From: Patellaria atrata CBS 101060
Lineage: Eukaryota
Length of the DNA stretch: 64,000 bases
Direction of reading: 5' to 3'
Assembly (NCBI GenBank): GCA_010093705.1
Contig: MU006091.1
Location: 1,426,001-1,490,000 of the forward strand
The notes under the pieces were generated by a model that was not told the DNA's origin, ran no database searches, and saw only the letters and a program-made list of their open reading frames with translations. Shown here piece by piece: positions 37,134 through 50,595 of the stretch (the first letter of the stretch is position 1; each line of letters starts with the position of its first letter). The position numbers were made by a program, and so were the translations under genes.

Positions 37134-38907
37134 GAAGAAACCTAGGGGTTAGAACAGAGACAACAGCCCGTTGAGATGGGTAGGGTCGATACAAGAGAAG
37201 GAAAGGAGGTTTTGGAGCGGCTCTTGAGCGTATCGTCTGCAATGAGCGAGGGGTTCTGGTGTTTGCTGGAACGATACCCATTTCGCGTCGCGTGTATACC
37301 TGGATAGCTATACTGTTGAAGCACATGTTTGTGAATAAGCCCGACTTGTGCAAGATGTACTCGTGTGGAATATCAAAGTCGAATAGAATTCTTCATGATA
37401 CCACCCAAGTGCCGCGTTCGAATTTCTGAAAAGAAGAGCGCAGAAAGGGAGACCGGTATCGTTCAGGTACGGATTGTCTCTACCCTTTTCGCCACAACTC
37501 GACCTATCTTTTTCTTCTCATTCATAACATACCGTGAGCTGGAAGCAGGATGGGATAATCACAATGGAGCTCCCCCCGAACGCGCACCAATAAGCGTAGC
37601 ATCAATCCGCATTACCCTAATGTACGAAAGCGCAACCGGCAGAGGTTCTCTCCATATAGAACTATGTTGCAACCCACACCGACCACTCCAAGCTGCCATC
37701 CAACTACCTTACAGTTCTCTTCCTCATTTTCTATTAAGGTATATAGATCGAAACTTAAGTACCCAGCCGTCTATAAATAAAAAAAAGACTTTCACCGCCT
37801 GAGACAACGGGAATGTTCTGTTATGCGCCCTCGTCCAATTCCTCCCTTCGGTCCATAAACCCCCCCAAGGGAAAAAAAGGAAAAACAAGCACAACCCCCT
37901 GAATCGCTCAAATCCCATCACGTCATACTCACATGCACCCGAATTCCTAAAGCCGTTGGAAAATCAAGCTCGATGCGATAAACAGCAGGTTACCGCATCG
38001 GGCCATGTCTTGTTTTTAGCTGCCCCGATCGGGGTTTTCGTTACATCTTTGGGGGGTTTGGGCGGAGGAGGGACCGGTGAGCCGTGGGTGCCTTGGTGTG
38101 GCGGTTGGGGGTTGAGAGTTGTGAGGTTCGGATGATAAGTTGATAGTCTAATGGTGGGTTGAAGTTACAGTACACATAGGTTGCACTGTATGAAGTTATT
38201 TAGGTTGGGAGGGGTTTTTGGGGGCTATGAGACGGCGTGGGCATGAGATGAGAATAAGAGTGTAAAAGGAGAATTTTTATACGCTGTGTACACTTGCTAC
38301 AGCACAACTGCTTGAACTTCGCCTTTCCTGTACCACGGAATTCTGCGACTGTACGGTATCATTCGGGTTCCTGTATCAGGATCGCCCTCACCTCCCGTCA
38401 TCCGTCATGCTTATCCTTATCCTTCCTGAGAGTTGGCGTTGCCAGGGTCCGCCATGATACGTCGGAAGGGCAAGGTACATGATAGTTGGTGCTGTAGGGG
38501 CTTAACTTGGTAGCGGGGCTCTGTATCTTGCTTTTCCATCCAGTCGAAAAAAACCCCCATACCCAAAACCCATAAGGTAAGGTACTGAAGTGAGCTGTAC
38601 ATATCTATGCCCATTCCCCCATCATACTTCAGTCACTCCCCCCTCCGTGCGGTTTACACTCTGCAAACAACATACGGTACCTTACCTAGTTAGAATATAG
38701 ACCTTATCGCGGTCGTTCCAGTCGCTTTGGGAAGATAACAGAGCGGGATATCGTTACTATTTACTATTACTACTCGCCATATACCAATTCGAGATTCGTA
38801 CAAACTATCATACGTTAATATTAATACAACTTCACCATTTTACAACTACAACAACTCTAATACCCGTATCATCAACCTACAATCTAAACCCACAAACCAA
38901 CAACAAA

Positions 38908-39159
38908 ATGCGCCTCCCCCTTCCCTTCCTCCCCATCCTCACACTCGCCCTAGCAACACACCTCCCGACCCCTCAGGCGTCAGTATCCCATCAGATCGAG
39001 AGCGCAGACGCTTCAGCCATCGTAATGCATGTGGAATCGAGTCCCTTTGAGACCGGCGCAAGCGCGCCGATGACCACGGTATCAAGCCTGGAAAGGCCGC
39101 GAGGGCAGGCGATCGGGGGACTCATGGTTGCGGTTATCGGGGTTGTTTCGCTGTTGTGA
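38908..39159 (+). CDS. Small (83 aa) secreted, probably GPI-anchored protein
   Basis: CAA-rich leader and CAAAATG context; N-terminal hydrophobic signal MRLPLPFLPILTLALA; Ser/Thr/Ala-rich middle; hydrophobic C-terminus AIGGLMVAVIGVVSLL*. Confidence 0.7.
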   Translation: MRLPLPFLPILTLALATHLPTPQASVSHQIESADASAIVMHVESSPFETGASAPMTTVSSLERPRGQAIGGLMVAVIGVVSLL

Positions 39160-39787
39160 GTTGGGAAGATTTGTCGCTGAGTTGCACATTTAGGTGGACG
39201 TTCTGCGGATTTGTGTTGAAGGATCTGGAATTCTGGATCTAGATTTGTTATTTGGTGGAGTTTTGGGCTTTTGGGATTAGGTATGTCGGGATGGGAGTTT
39301 TGGATGTTCTGAGCGGTCGGATTTGGGGTTACTCTTGGGGTTCTTTATGTTCCGCTTTATGCTACGAAGGGGCGTACTGGCGCGATATCAGCATTCTGTC
39401 GGATTATACGAAGCATGAAGAGCAGGAGCAGTGGGAACCAGACGCGATAGATAATGAGGCACGATAATGCTTGAAGAGAGATGGAAAGTTTGCCATCGTA
39501 ATCGACTGGAACTTAATAAGAAACCCCATCTATACTGCTATTGACGTAATAAACCACCGTTACATCACTCGTACACATCCATCAGCCGTAACTGAAAACA
39601 TAACTGCCCTATACTACCCATTTGGCCATCATAATCATCGTTAGGTCTACAATTATGATTGTATGTCTTGTAGACCCATAATCAATTGTCGTCTGCTGCA
39701 TATTTCTTCACAGTGCGTTTGAGCTTGTCGAGGTCCGTTATCTTGTGCCGCATCGTTCGTTATGAGTCGCTATCCGTTAGGAACGCT

Positions 39788-40766
39788 CTACTGCGACTTC
39801 GTAGCCTGGTCGGCTTGGGAGCGAAGATTTGCAGCGGTGGATCCGGACTGGGAAAAATAACGGGAAAAGACGGGATGGATCAAGGAGCGGAAAACGACCT
39901 GGGCACCACTGTAGACAAATCAACACATGCCAAATGGTTCGAAATCTAATTACTTACGCTGTCTGAGGAAGAGCCATCCAGATGACGAGGACAAACTTGA
40001 AGGTATAGTAGAAAGCTGAACTATCGTTAGTATGGTCGATTTTAGGGTCTTAAGAGGATACTTACGGAACCAGTAAACGGCATTAACTGCACTCTCAAAG
40101 ACGCTACGATACGTCAGACTTGATTACTCAATTCCTCCGTCTTTTCGAAAGGACTTACGTCAAGAAAGCATAGACAACCCAATACTGTAATATTTCAACC
40201 GTTAGTCACGTGGACGGGAGGGTGACGATCATTCGCTTCATGTGAAGATGACGAATTTTAAGAGAACACGTACCGTCAACCACTGCAATTTTTGTTAGAA
40301 AGTGTCCAATACGAGTCGTAGCGTACTCCCAGTGGAGTTGTGTGCAATACTGTGAACTTACCTGGGAATCATCAATCTTAGAAGCGCTGAACAGGGCATT
40401 TAGCGAGTAGTAGGCAGGGATGAGGAATCCAGCGGTGTTAACGAGGAACTCTCCAGCGATGTTGAAGAAGATCAAGAAGAAGTATAGAGCTCCTAGACCA
40501 AGGACAACGTAGACCTTAGGAACAGAGGTCTGCTGCTCCAAGTTGTTGAGAGCAGGGTATTTGGACAACTACAAGATAAGGATCAGTCGCGTTGAACTTG
40601 GTATACGTTGCAATACTGATAGGAGGTGTAATCTAGCATCGCATGAAGAAATCGTATGGGTGGGGATACACGACGGGGGGAATCAAGAGTTGGGTCACTC
40701 GATCGGGGCACAAACCTCTTTATCGAGCTGCGAAATTTGGTGCTGAGCGCGTTCTTGGAAAGACAT
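39788..40766 (-). CDS. YOP1: ER-shaping protein Yop1 (DP1/HVA22 family), 7 exons including a 9-nt micro-exon
   Basis: MSFQERAQHQISQLDKE|LSKYPALNNLEQQTSVPKVY..DDSQ|WLT|YWVVYAFLT|VFES..WFP|FYYTFKF..|GAQVVFRS..SQ*. Confidence 0.95.
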
Positions 40767-41781
40767 GATTGCGGTATAGATGTCGAATCGAAGAAGTTAT
40801 TGTTCGTTGATAGTAGTAAGAGTGTAAGAGTAGTCAAGGGATTGGTAAAGTGTGTGAGATGTTATGAGAGTGTTAGGTGACGGGAGAAAGTGAGTTTTGG
40901 AAGAGAAGGAGATCAGGAAGGAAACGGGTGGTGATGTAAGGGAAGCGACAAGCTGTCAAGGAAAGATCTGAGCACAAGAGCGCACAATTTTTGGTGGGGC
41001 TTATTGGGGGGGAGGTAGGGGGTAGGGAGTATCTCATTGTGCAGGCAGCCGCTTCAGCTTTATTACTTCGCACGATCCACCATGCAATCACCAGATACCA
41101 TCATGTTTTTTGTCCGTTATATTCTATACGTACACTTTTGCACGAATGTAACAGTACATGACTTAATACGTTACGTACGTGAAGTGATATGTTTACTGCC
41201 TTACCGCATGCCATTCTCAGCTCTGAGTTATGAATGGTTTGCATAGTTTACATAGTTTGCATAGTTTGAATCACGTGATGAACCACGGGACTGGTTGCTT
41301 AGCGGACAGGTTCTGTTGTGCGTGAATGTTTACACCCGACACTTCAGCCCTCCAAAATACGCACAATCATCATAAAGCCGATTGTAGATAGCCACCATCT
41401 ACTGCGCTCAACCCCTTTTTTACAATAAACAGTCACTTTATGTCTGTTACCGTATCGATAAATCTATTGACCTTGTTTACCCGACGAAATTCCAGCTGGT
41501 GAATGCAGCGACTCGATCTTTGGTTATTTCCATCCGATTTCACCTTCGACTGCGGTAACCTCAACCAAGAAAGGGAACCTCTGAAGGATGAGAATTTTGG
41601 AGACAAACATAGTATTGGTTAAATAAGTGAATACATAAACATGTGCGTCACCACGTTTGTCAATTTCTTTTCGGAAATACCGTGCAAACTTGCGCTCATT
41701 CACGACCGTTGCTGACTTTGTGTTGTATAGCTCTTCACATCTTGACTCTATACCTGCTGTTCTTCATAATCTTCACACAAA

Positions 41782-44332
41782 ATGGCGAATTCAAACCGAC
41801 GACCCCGCTCTTCCACCTCAAACTCCACGAAAAGTGTTCAGCGCACTCCTTCCCGCGCATCAACAACCAGCCTACAATCTGGCGCGACGCTGGAAAGCTC
41901 TCTTGAAGCCGCTCTTCGCCAAAATCACGCCGAATCACAACCAAAGTCCAAAATGTACACAAATCACTCGTCGTTCCTTCAAGGTGACAACCCGCTCTTG
42001 GAGGCAGTGTATGGCATGCCTATAAACCCAGCTGGTGATGTCGCGAATACCGATATGGGTTCACAATTCCGCTCGATACAAGCGCGTCAAATGCCCGGCG
42101 TTGGTCAAACGTACGTCTCTATGCAGAATGCAGATATCAATAACGCTATCGCAAATGCTGCGATGGCGCATCCTAGTGGGGCCGAGACTGACGATAAGAA
42201 AAAAAGAGGTTCCGGCACAAGTGCAGCAAATGATAAGGAACTTCGTGAACTCCTGCACACCAATCAAAGACGTTCTCTACAGGACGTAGCTACGGAAGTC
42301 ATTGCAGCCGAACGCTCGACGCGCTCTGAGAAGACAAAGCAGCTTTTCGCGATGCTTTGGTAGGACGCGTATCAGATATCACGCTTCCCTTAGCTAACAA
42401 TTTCTAGGCTGAAGGAAAGTTGCAGAGCAGTCGATAAAGTCACCGTTCCTCGAAGTCGAGTTTATTCCCACTACAACGCACGCTGCGGCACAGAACGGGT
42501 AGTTCCTCTGAACCCAGCATCATTCGGCAAGCTAGTCCGCGTTATTTTCCCAGGCATACAAACAAGGAGATTAGGTGTTAGAGGCGAATCCAAGTACCAT
42601 TACGTTAATCTCAACCTGTTGGAAACCAGTCCTATCCTCGGACAAGATCAGCAACGTCATGAAGCGCAGTCTCGAGCAGCACCCAGTCCACGCGCATCTA
42701 TTACTCACATTGATTTCAAGTAAGTATCTCTTCTTCAATGAAACGAAGTCGATTACTAATTATAATTCCTAGTTCAATACAACACCTCCCAGCAGATACG
42801 GCTGCTTTCCCGACACAAGATAATAACTTGAGCCCCGAACCACGATCAGCTTCAACTGGAAAGGCTTCAGCTGGTAGGACATACGCATATCTAAATGAAG
42901 CAGGATTGAATCCAGGCAGTAAATTTCCCGGATCCTATGAGCAGGTCCTGAAATTTCCTTCGATGGAAGACACGTTACTCGACGAAAATGTTGATATTGA
43001 ATTTCCTGATCTATATCAATACCTCCCGCCCAGAACAGATCCAGATGCCGCTCAAGCTCTCATCGCATTGTATAGAACCCACTGTACATCCTTGATAGAC
43101 TGTATTCGGTTCGTCAAGGATAAGCAGTTCTTCCGACTATTTGGATCATTTCACGGCAACCTGACAGTCCCAGTGCAAAAGGTATTCTCGCTTCCCACCG
43201 TTGCGCCATGGATTAATGCTTGTGACTGGTTGATGTACAAGAAGATGATGCGATATCTCCACCAACTAGCCCTGTCGTCCGTCCCGCAAAGGGTTTGCAA
43301 GTTCTTCGAGTCCATTTGGAAAACCCTTCATGACCATATCGTTAAGACTTTTCAAGGTTACCCAGCTCATCTTATTGAGGCCAAACTTGAACCAGCAACT
43401 CTGTTCGCTAACGCTATTAAACGTATGCTAAAGGTCAATACTACAGCGCATGCGGTAGCTGAACTCTTCGTTGGCCAAGACAGTCCAGATAAGCGCCATC
43501 TGATGTGGGCAGACTGGGTGAAGTCCGTCAATCCCAAAGACATTATGGAGAGCGAAGTTCCTAAGTGCACACATAATGGCTACGAAGAGGTTTATAAGGT
43601 TCTAACGGAGGAAATCCGCCGGTGTCTTCAGCCGTTACCTATGGAGTTCATAGAACAGGGTACTCAATATGAATCTGCGGCTGTAATGGCAAGCATGGAA
43701 ATGATCGACACTGAGGAACCTATGGTGAATGGGCTCGACAGGATAGTTCTCTTCCTCAGAAGTCTCCCTACGCGATTCCCCGAAGCCAGTGCCAGGACTC
43801 TACTCAACTGTATCAACGGTGTAGGCTCGGCAGCCCTACGCGATATCGTCATTGAAGGTGGCCAAACTTTTGCTCAATGGAGCTATGTGAAGTGCTTCGT
43901 TGACGAACTCGCCTTTTGGCTTGCAGCATATGGCGGGTTTCTTTCCCACGCCACTCCAGATCCAGCGCAAAAAGACACTCCCATGGTGAATGGAAGTCAT
44001 CCCAACAGTCAAGAGAACAGCCGCTTTCCCAGCGTCAACGGCGATGTCACTACCACACACAATGGTTTTGTGGCCGTCAACAGTGGGATGAATAGTGGTG
44101 GTACGTGATTTCATTTTGGGGTCCCTGGGTACTTTACATGCGAGGTTGACTGACTTGTAGAATAACAGCGGCGCCGGTTTCGCGGAAGGACACTTTCGAT
44201 ACTCCTATGATGCAGACAGAGAATATCGACGATAGTGGTATTGTGTTGTCGATGGACCATGATCAAGTTCCGATGACCGGTGAAGAGGCAAACAAATACC
44301 TGATGGATAACTTCTCCTACAACATGGCGTGA
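41782..44332 (+). CDS. RFX1: RFX winged-helix transcription factor (RfxA/CPCR1/Crt1-like), 4 exons
   Basis: Exon 2 encodes the RFX DNA-binding domain VPRSRVYSHY..LNPASFGKLVRVIFPGIQTRRLGVRGESKYHY; exon 3 carries LYRTHCTSLIDC. Last exon contains DDSGI. Confidence 0.92.
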
Positions 44333-45945
44333 GGTGATAGAAATGAGCGTTCCTAACGAAGCCATGAACACATGACGTTACGACTTGGGAGGTCTTTGGG
44401 TCGATTACCTGGATCTTATCTTAGGTGGCTTTTGGCTAAAATTCTGGTTTCACGATGTTATTGCCGTTGTTCTTGTATATTTCTGTTTCTCCCAGTTCAT
44501 TCCCAATTTCTTCACTGCGCTTTTCTGGTCCTTGGCTCCTTAACTTTCAACCTGCTTTCTGCTCTGTGAACATTTTTGCTCGGCGGCTATTGTACCTTGC
44601 ACTGGAGTTTACCATTATTATCATTTATTATTGGATAGTAGCGTGGGCATTGTACTTGGAAGGTGGCTCTTGTGTTTGGAGGGAGCAATGCGGCGTCAAA
44701 TGATGCGTATAACACTTATGGTAGATAGAACGTGCAAACGTACAATCTACTGTACTTCAATATCTTTTTCCGGTGATGATGCGTTTATCCTGCTCAAGTT
44801 CACCCCCGAATCTGCACACTTTTCGAGGGAGTTACCCAGCTTCGCACCAAACAATCTTAGTCATCTTGAGCAGCCGCACAACTTAGTATTTCAGAGTAAA
44901 AGTTCAGCCCTGTATACCCATGCATATCTTGCAAGATACTCCACTTTCGTCGATGATCCAGTTTCCTCCCTAAATCATCTTTCCAGGAATTTATTCCTCG
45001 CCCGCGATTTTGTTCGTTGCAAACCAGCATCTGGGATTGATGATAAAATGTCGACAACACCAACCACGGTAACGAACCCACAACCTCCACAGAAGCAAAG
45101 CCTCAAATTCCAATCCAACCAAACCACATACCTCACTTCTTCCCCATAGTCCATCTTCAACCACACCAAGATTAGGTAGAACTATCTCGCTACCAAAACC
45201 CAAATCCCACACACAAAGACTTCCCAAAGTCCAAACACATATGAACCCCCCTCCCCATCCCCCTCCTCCCCTCCCTCTGACAACGATACACTTTAATAAA
45301 ACCCCAATGCTCGTGCCAGCAGAGGTGTCTAAAGTATAAGTCTTACCTGCGCGCACTGGAACCCGGACGGTGATGAGGCTGTCGCTTTCCCTTTTCCCGT
45401 ATCTGGTTCTGTGTGCTTCAGGTGATGGGACTGGATGGGAAGGGGGGTGGGGGTGAGTCTGGGGTTGGAGAGGGCACTGGAGGGAGAAGGGGGAGGATAG
45501 GTTGCGTTTTGTAGGTTATTCCTTTTTCCAGGTTGGAATTTCTGGAGCGATAAATGCGGATCGTGGTATTTAGGTTATATGAATAAAGCTTCGAAGTGTA
45601 TCGATAGCTGCCCTCCTCTCACTTTCGATATTAACACGACGTCAGCGAAAAACCGATGTAGCGATTAGGACTTCTTTTTTTCTTCTTCTCCACCTTGACA
45701 TGATGGATATCTCCTGCTGAGCCGGATGGTGATGCATCACTTCACTACTGATATATCGAGAACTAAGAATGTCAAACTAGATATCGAGATCAAAAATAAC
45801 GCATTTACCATATTCGATAACCACACCACTAAGGTAAGGTAAGCGGACAACTCAACAACCCAAGGAAGGAGAAAACCCTACCTTATTCCTCTTCCTCAAA
45901 TCCACGGGCAATACAATCTTCACTATCCCCACCACTCTAAATTCC

Positions 45946-46130
45946 TTCAATCAGACCTCAGATATCACCACCTACCCCACAAACCCTAAAGCATAAGTCC
46001 ACCACCTCCTCCTCCCGCCTCACCACAGTAGCGACACATTCCCGCCCACCGTTCCCACCTCTTCAGTCAGACCCCCAAATATCACCACCTACCCCACAAA
46101 TTCAAAGCATAATTCCACCTCTTCCTCCTC
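45946..46130. repeat. Imperfect direct repeat (~70 nt x2, ~117-nt offset)
   Basis: TCAGACC..ATATCACCACCTACCCCACAAA..AAAGCATAA..CCTCCTCC occurs at ~45950 and ~46066. Confidence 0.85.
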
Positions 46131-46489
46131 CACACTACATATCCCAAAATCCCGCAGCTCAGAGAACACCCTGCAGCTTCCCTATAAGACTACCCGGCTC
46201 TTCTTTCATTGAAGGTTCAACACCGTCAAGTCGCCAGTTAGTATCAGCGCCAAACGCATGAAAATATGCGCGCACCTTCCGTAACCTCCTCTCCTCCTCT
46301 CCTCCTCACCCCCGCATCCACGAGAGTTCAACCAAGACCCTTATTTTGCTCTATCCGGGTTCTCTCGAAACGGTATTTATCCTCTAACCACCGTTCGGGA
46401 TGTCGTGGTATAAGGGTGGTATGAGTCCTTTTCGAACGGGGCTGGTGCCAATATCGTCGTAGATATCGGTTGAGTTTGTGTGGGTTGGA

Positions 46490-46900
46490 GGTAAGGAGGT
46501 CGGTAGTACAAATATTTCTTATTACTAGGTATAATAAGGGAAAGTATACCTACTAAGAATTAAGCCATTATTAATGCTCTCCCGTAGAGTTTTAAACAGG
46601 ATTTTAAGAATAAGAGTAATAAGATTTTTATTGAATAAATACCGGATTCTTACCTCCTATAAAAGAAATCCTATTCACTAAATATAAGAAATATACTTAT
46701 CTAGAGTTATTATATTATACCTTATTAAGGTTTAGTATCGAGATATATAATTTTTAACAAGGTTAATAAGGGAGATATTTTAAAAAAATCAAGAGGGTTT
46801 TCTATCCCGGGAATTTTATGGGAGGATGTTTTTATCCCCGCGCGTAAAATAGGGACGGGATACTTAGTAAAAAGTTAATTTAAGTAGTATTTTCAGAAGA
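46490..46900. other. AT-rich, CpA/TpG-depleted (RIP-like) patch with an imperfect palindrome at 46803-46862
   Basis: Visibly high TpA and very few CA/TG dinucleotides; TATCCCG..ATTTTA / TAAAAT..CGGGATA arms. Confidence 0.7.
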
Positions 46901-48816
46901 GATAGCGTGTAAGACGCTGCGTATCATGGTCCTATTATACTCTGATACAGATTTGGGGGAAGTATAAAGTTTTACGTGTTATGGGTAGAGCGAGGTGGGG
47001 ATGCCGTTTGAGGAAGCCGTCGGTTGCTCAATGTAAGCTCGAAGCAGAAGGCTGAAGACACATATTGCAGAGAGAACGTAGAAAAGAAACTGATCGCGTG
47101 TTATGATAGTGCATAGTGAGGGGGGGATATGTTAGAGCAGGTCTGACCGAAGTTGTGACTTTGAAAATCTACTTCGCTATCAGAATCCATAATGGGGTAT
47201 CTCTACCGGGTTATTTGCCAGCCCCTTTTCGATGTTCGGTGCTCAGTCAGATTGAAGAAAGATCTTTTGTTTGGAGTCTCTCGTTTTTCAAATATAGTAT
47301 GGTTTACGAGACAGTTATGGACTAGGTTTTAGGGCTATAGTTGGCTGTAGATCGCAATGCATGTTGGATTTCTTAAGTGGTAAGTGATTTTGGAGTAATT
47401 ATAATCGACCCCACAAAATGGAGTTCCCAGTGGACTGGATCGTAGCAATCTCTTGTTGGATAATATGCGCTTGTTTCGGGGGGTAGATCCTTCGATATCC
47501 GACATGGCTGACCACAGGAAGAATGTTATAGGCATTTTCCTTGGTATCGGGAGAGAATATATGGTCGACCCTGCGCTGAGCTATATTGAATAGATAACCA
47601 TCTAAGAGAAGGTAGACATAAGTTGAGTGAGTTGGGAGAGATGTGAAATGTGCGACGTCCCATGGAGATAGTGATCCCCTAAATGTTGGTAAAACGACCT
47701 CTAAAAGATCTGTCGTTATTTGAGTAGTCGTCCAAGTGACCGCGTTGGGTTGAGAGATGGCCCTAGATAGTTCTTCTTTTCACATGTTCGGCGCATCTAG
47801 AGCAACTGTATTTGTCAAGGGTTGACTTTCGAAAGAGTGTTCGTCTAGCGCTGCAAATACGGCCATTGAGTTCAGCAATGGCACAAATGTGAACATTGTA
47901 AAAGGGACATTGTATGTTTAAGACAGCAGGGATCGTGGTAAGAGTAGGCGAGATGAAGAGGTGATAAGGAAAGCTGAGAAATACAACACCCTATAAGAAA
48001 ATCGTTCAGCACCAAGAACCAACATGTCGGTGTGAAGATAAATTGACACAGACAGGGAGGTTTCGCAATAGATTATAGAGTAGGTTTCTAACCTGATCTA
48101 CACATTGCATATCCCAGATTTGGTCATCTGGTGTTGGTGGATAGTAAAAATGAAGTGCATTAATAATTGAGACAGGCGGTGACTGCGAAATAAGCAACAT
48201 GCAATTGTTGAAACCTTGAGAGGTAATTGAGGCTTTGACAATGACTGAGGCGATGAAAGATGCTTCGAACTGAGGCTTGATGAAGCTTTTCGCGACGTTA
48301 TAACGTCTGCGTGGAAAAATATGGAGACGTGGAGAGGTTATGGGTTAGGGGAGGGGATAAGGGGAGTTAGTAAGCGGCAATGAAGCATGACTTTTACGAG
48401 CAGACCAATCAGAATTGGAATATCTTGGCTATGGATGGGTTGTGGCTGAGCCAACATCGGACGTGCTCTCTTAAGTCTCTTCCCGTCTTCTCACCCCCAA
48501 ATCCTTCCAACTATCGCTCCCTTGGCCCCTGTTACAGATTACAGCTTCATAATGAGTCTCTCCTCGAGCAGTTCACTACATGTCAAAAAGATGTTTAAAT
48601 TCATAGACCATTTAAAAGAATCACTGCCACCACCAGTGTTGTTCAAGCGGTGGACCACGCGTCAGTGAAAGAGTCTATAGCTACCTGGTTTAAAAGCTTC
48701 ATCTGAGCCTCTCGAATTCTCTATGATAGACCCGAATAAACCGTTGTGACCAATTCTAAGGACCTATGATACTAATGGGTGCTCCAGTCACCCAGAAACA
48801 AATTCTAGATAGCAGA

Positions 48817-50595
48817 ATGCCATCGGAAAATGGGCAAGCTGCCAAACGCAAGAGAGTATGCGGAGCCAGAGTTAGGACAGGTTGCTTAACATGCAAGTAA
48901 GGACTCCCGTCTTTTATACATCATTGAGGTCGAGCTCGGTAATGTCACTTGACTTCGCCGCTCTTCCAAAATATCGGCTCGCTTGTATCAGCAAAACTGA
49001 CCCAGCTCATAGGATAAGGCGAATCAAATGCGATGAGACACACCCCTACTGCAAAAGGTACCGTATGACATCGTACTATTACTCAAAAAAGCTATCTGAC
49101 CTTGCATAGATGTACCCAAACCGGGAGAAAATGCGATGGATATGCAAAGCCGGAGGAGAAAAGCTTCCCGAAGACTTCTATAGTGCTACCCAAACTTGCA
49201 ACCGACTTGACCTGCATGTTTGGGCATACCAAAGAAGCTCATTACATGGAGTTCTACTTCCACCAAGTTGGACCAAAGCTCGCTGGACATTTTGATTCCG
49301 AATTCTGGCTCCGACTGGTACTCCAACTAGGATGCTCGCAACCAAGCATACGACATGCCACGATGGCTATAGGATACCTATACGAGAAGGAGACTAGCAG
49401 AAAGACCTCCGATGTTATATCACAGGATCAATCGGATTTCTTTTTACTGCAATACAACAAAGCCATTAATGGCCTCGTGGAAAACATGACTCAATCAACA
49501 AGACATGTTGAGATCTTGGTTGCTTGTATCCTTTTCATATGTCTAGAGTGCCTTCGTCGCAGCTGTGATCCTTTTTTTGCTCACTGTAAGAGTGGACTTT
49601 CCATCATTTCTGGATTACGTCAAAACACAGTAAGAGCACTTCCCTCAGCAATGACTTTGGAAACACCTCCGTGTGCTAGTCTCATGAAACCTACGTTAAA
49701 ACCTTTGAGAAATGTGGTTCCTATCTTCGCACGACTAACACTAATGGGCTGCTTGTTTGGACAAGAGATGTTTGATCTGTACCCCGATCAACGCTTACCG
49801 GACATCCCGACAACATTCAACTCAATGCAACAAGCTCGACTTATGCTTATAGACATTATGGTAGTGGCACTAAAATTTATTAGAAGATGCGCCAGCAAGA
49901 AGTACTCTGGACAGTTTACAATGGACGATTCAGATATGCAACGTCTATTGTGTCAACGAGTTGACGAATGGTACGCTTCCTTCAAAAAATCTCAGGCAAA
50001 GTACCGAGAACAATTCGAACAGGGCGTGGAATCGCTCCTGATGTTTTATCTTTGCACAACCATATGGATCTCCTGCAGCACCGAAACGTCAGAAACGGCA
50101 TACGACCAACATCTGTCCAAGTTTCAGCGTTTGGTCTCCTTAGCGAACACATTCTACGAGAACTCTACCACAAGTTCAAAGGCCTCAGATGAATCCCTAG
50201 CAGTCTTCTCCTTCGAGATGGATGTTATCGCTCCACTCTATTTCACGGCATTCCGTTGTCGAGATCATGTCACTAGGCATCAAGCCATAAAGACATTGGA
50301 AATGTTTCACCCAAGGAGGGAAGGTTTATGGGATACGAAGAATGCTTTGGCCGTCGCAAAACGAATCGTTTCACTAGAAGAGGCTAATTTACAGCATGTT
50401 GATAAGCTCTGTGCACAATGGCCTGACGGAACTAATAGGATCCATAACGCTCTTTTTGGTCTAGGAACGGAAAATTCAGTGGATATTACTTTCGTTTCAT
50501 TCCCGAATGGCTTGAAGAGCAGAGGATGTGTCTGGAAAGAGGTCGTCTCGACTCAGACGGGCAGTTTGGGTATACCAATACAGACGGAGGGTTAA
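48817..50595 (+). CDS. Zn(II)2Cys6 transcription factor, 3 exons
   Basis: Spliced RVRTGCLTCK|IRRIKCDETHPYCKR|CTQTGRKCDGY is a complete C6 cluster, followed by a fungal TF domain (FDSEFWLRLVLQ, PLYFTAFRCRD, PRREGLWD). Confidence 0.92.

Noticed and set aside
44631..45149. 172-aa ORF downstream of RFX
   Set aside because: TTG start, lies in the probable 3' UTR/terminator, no motifs.
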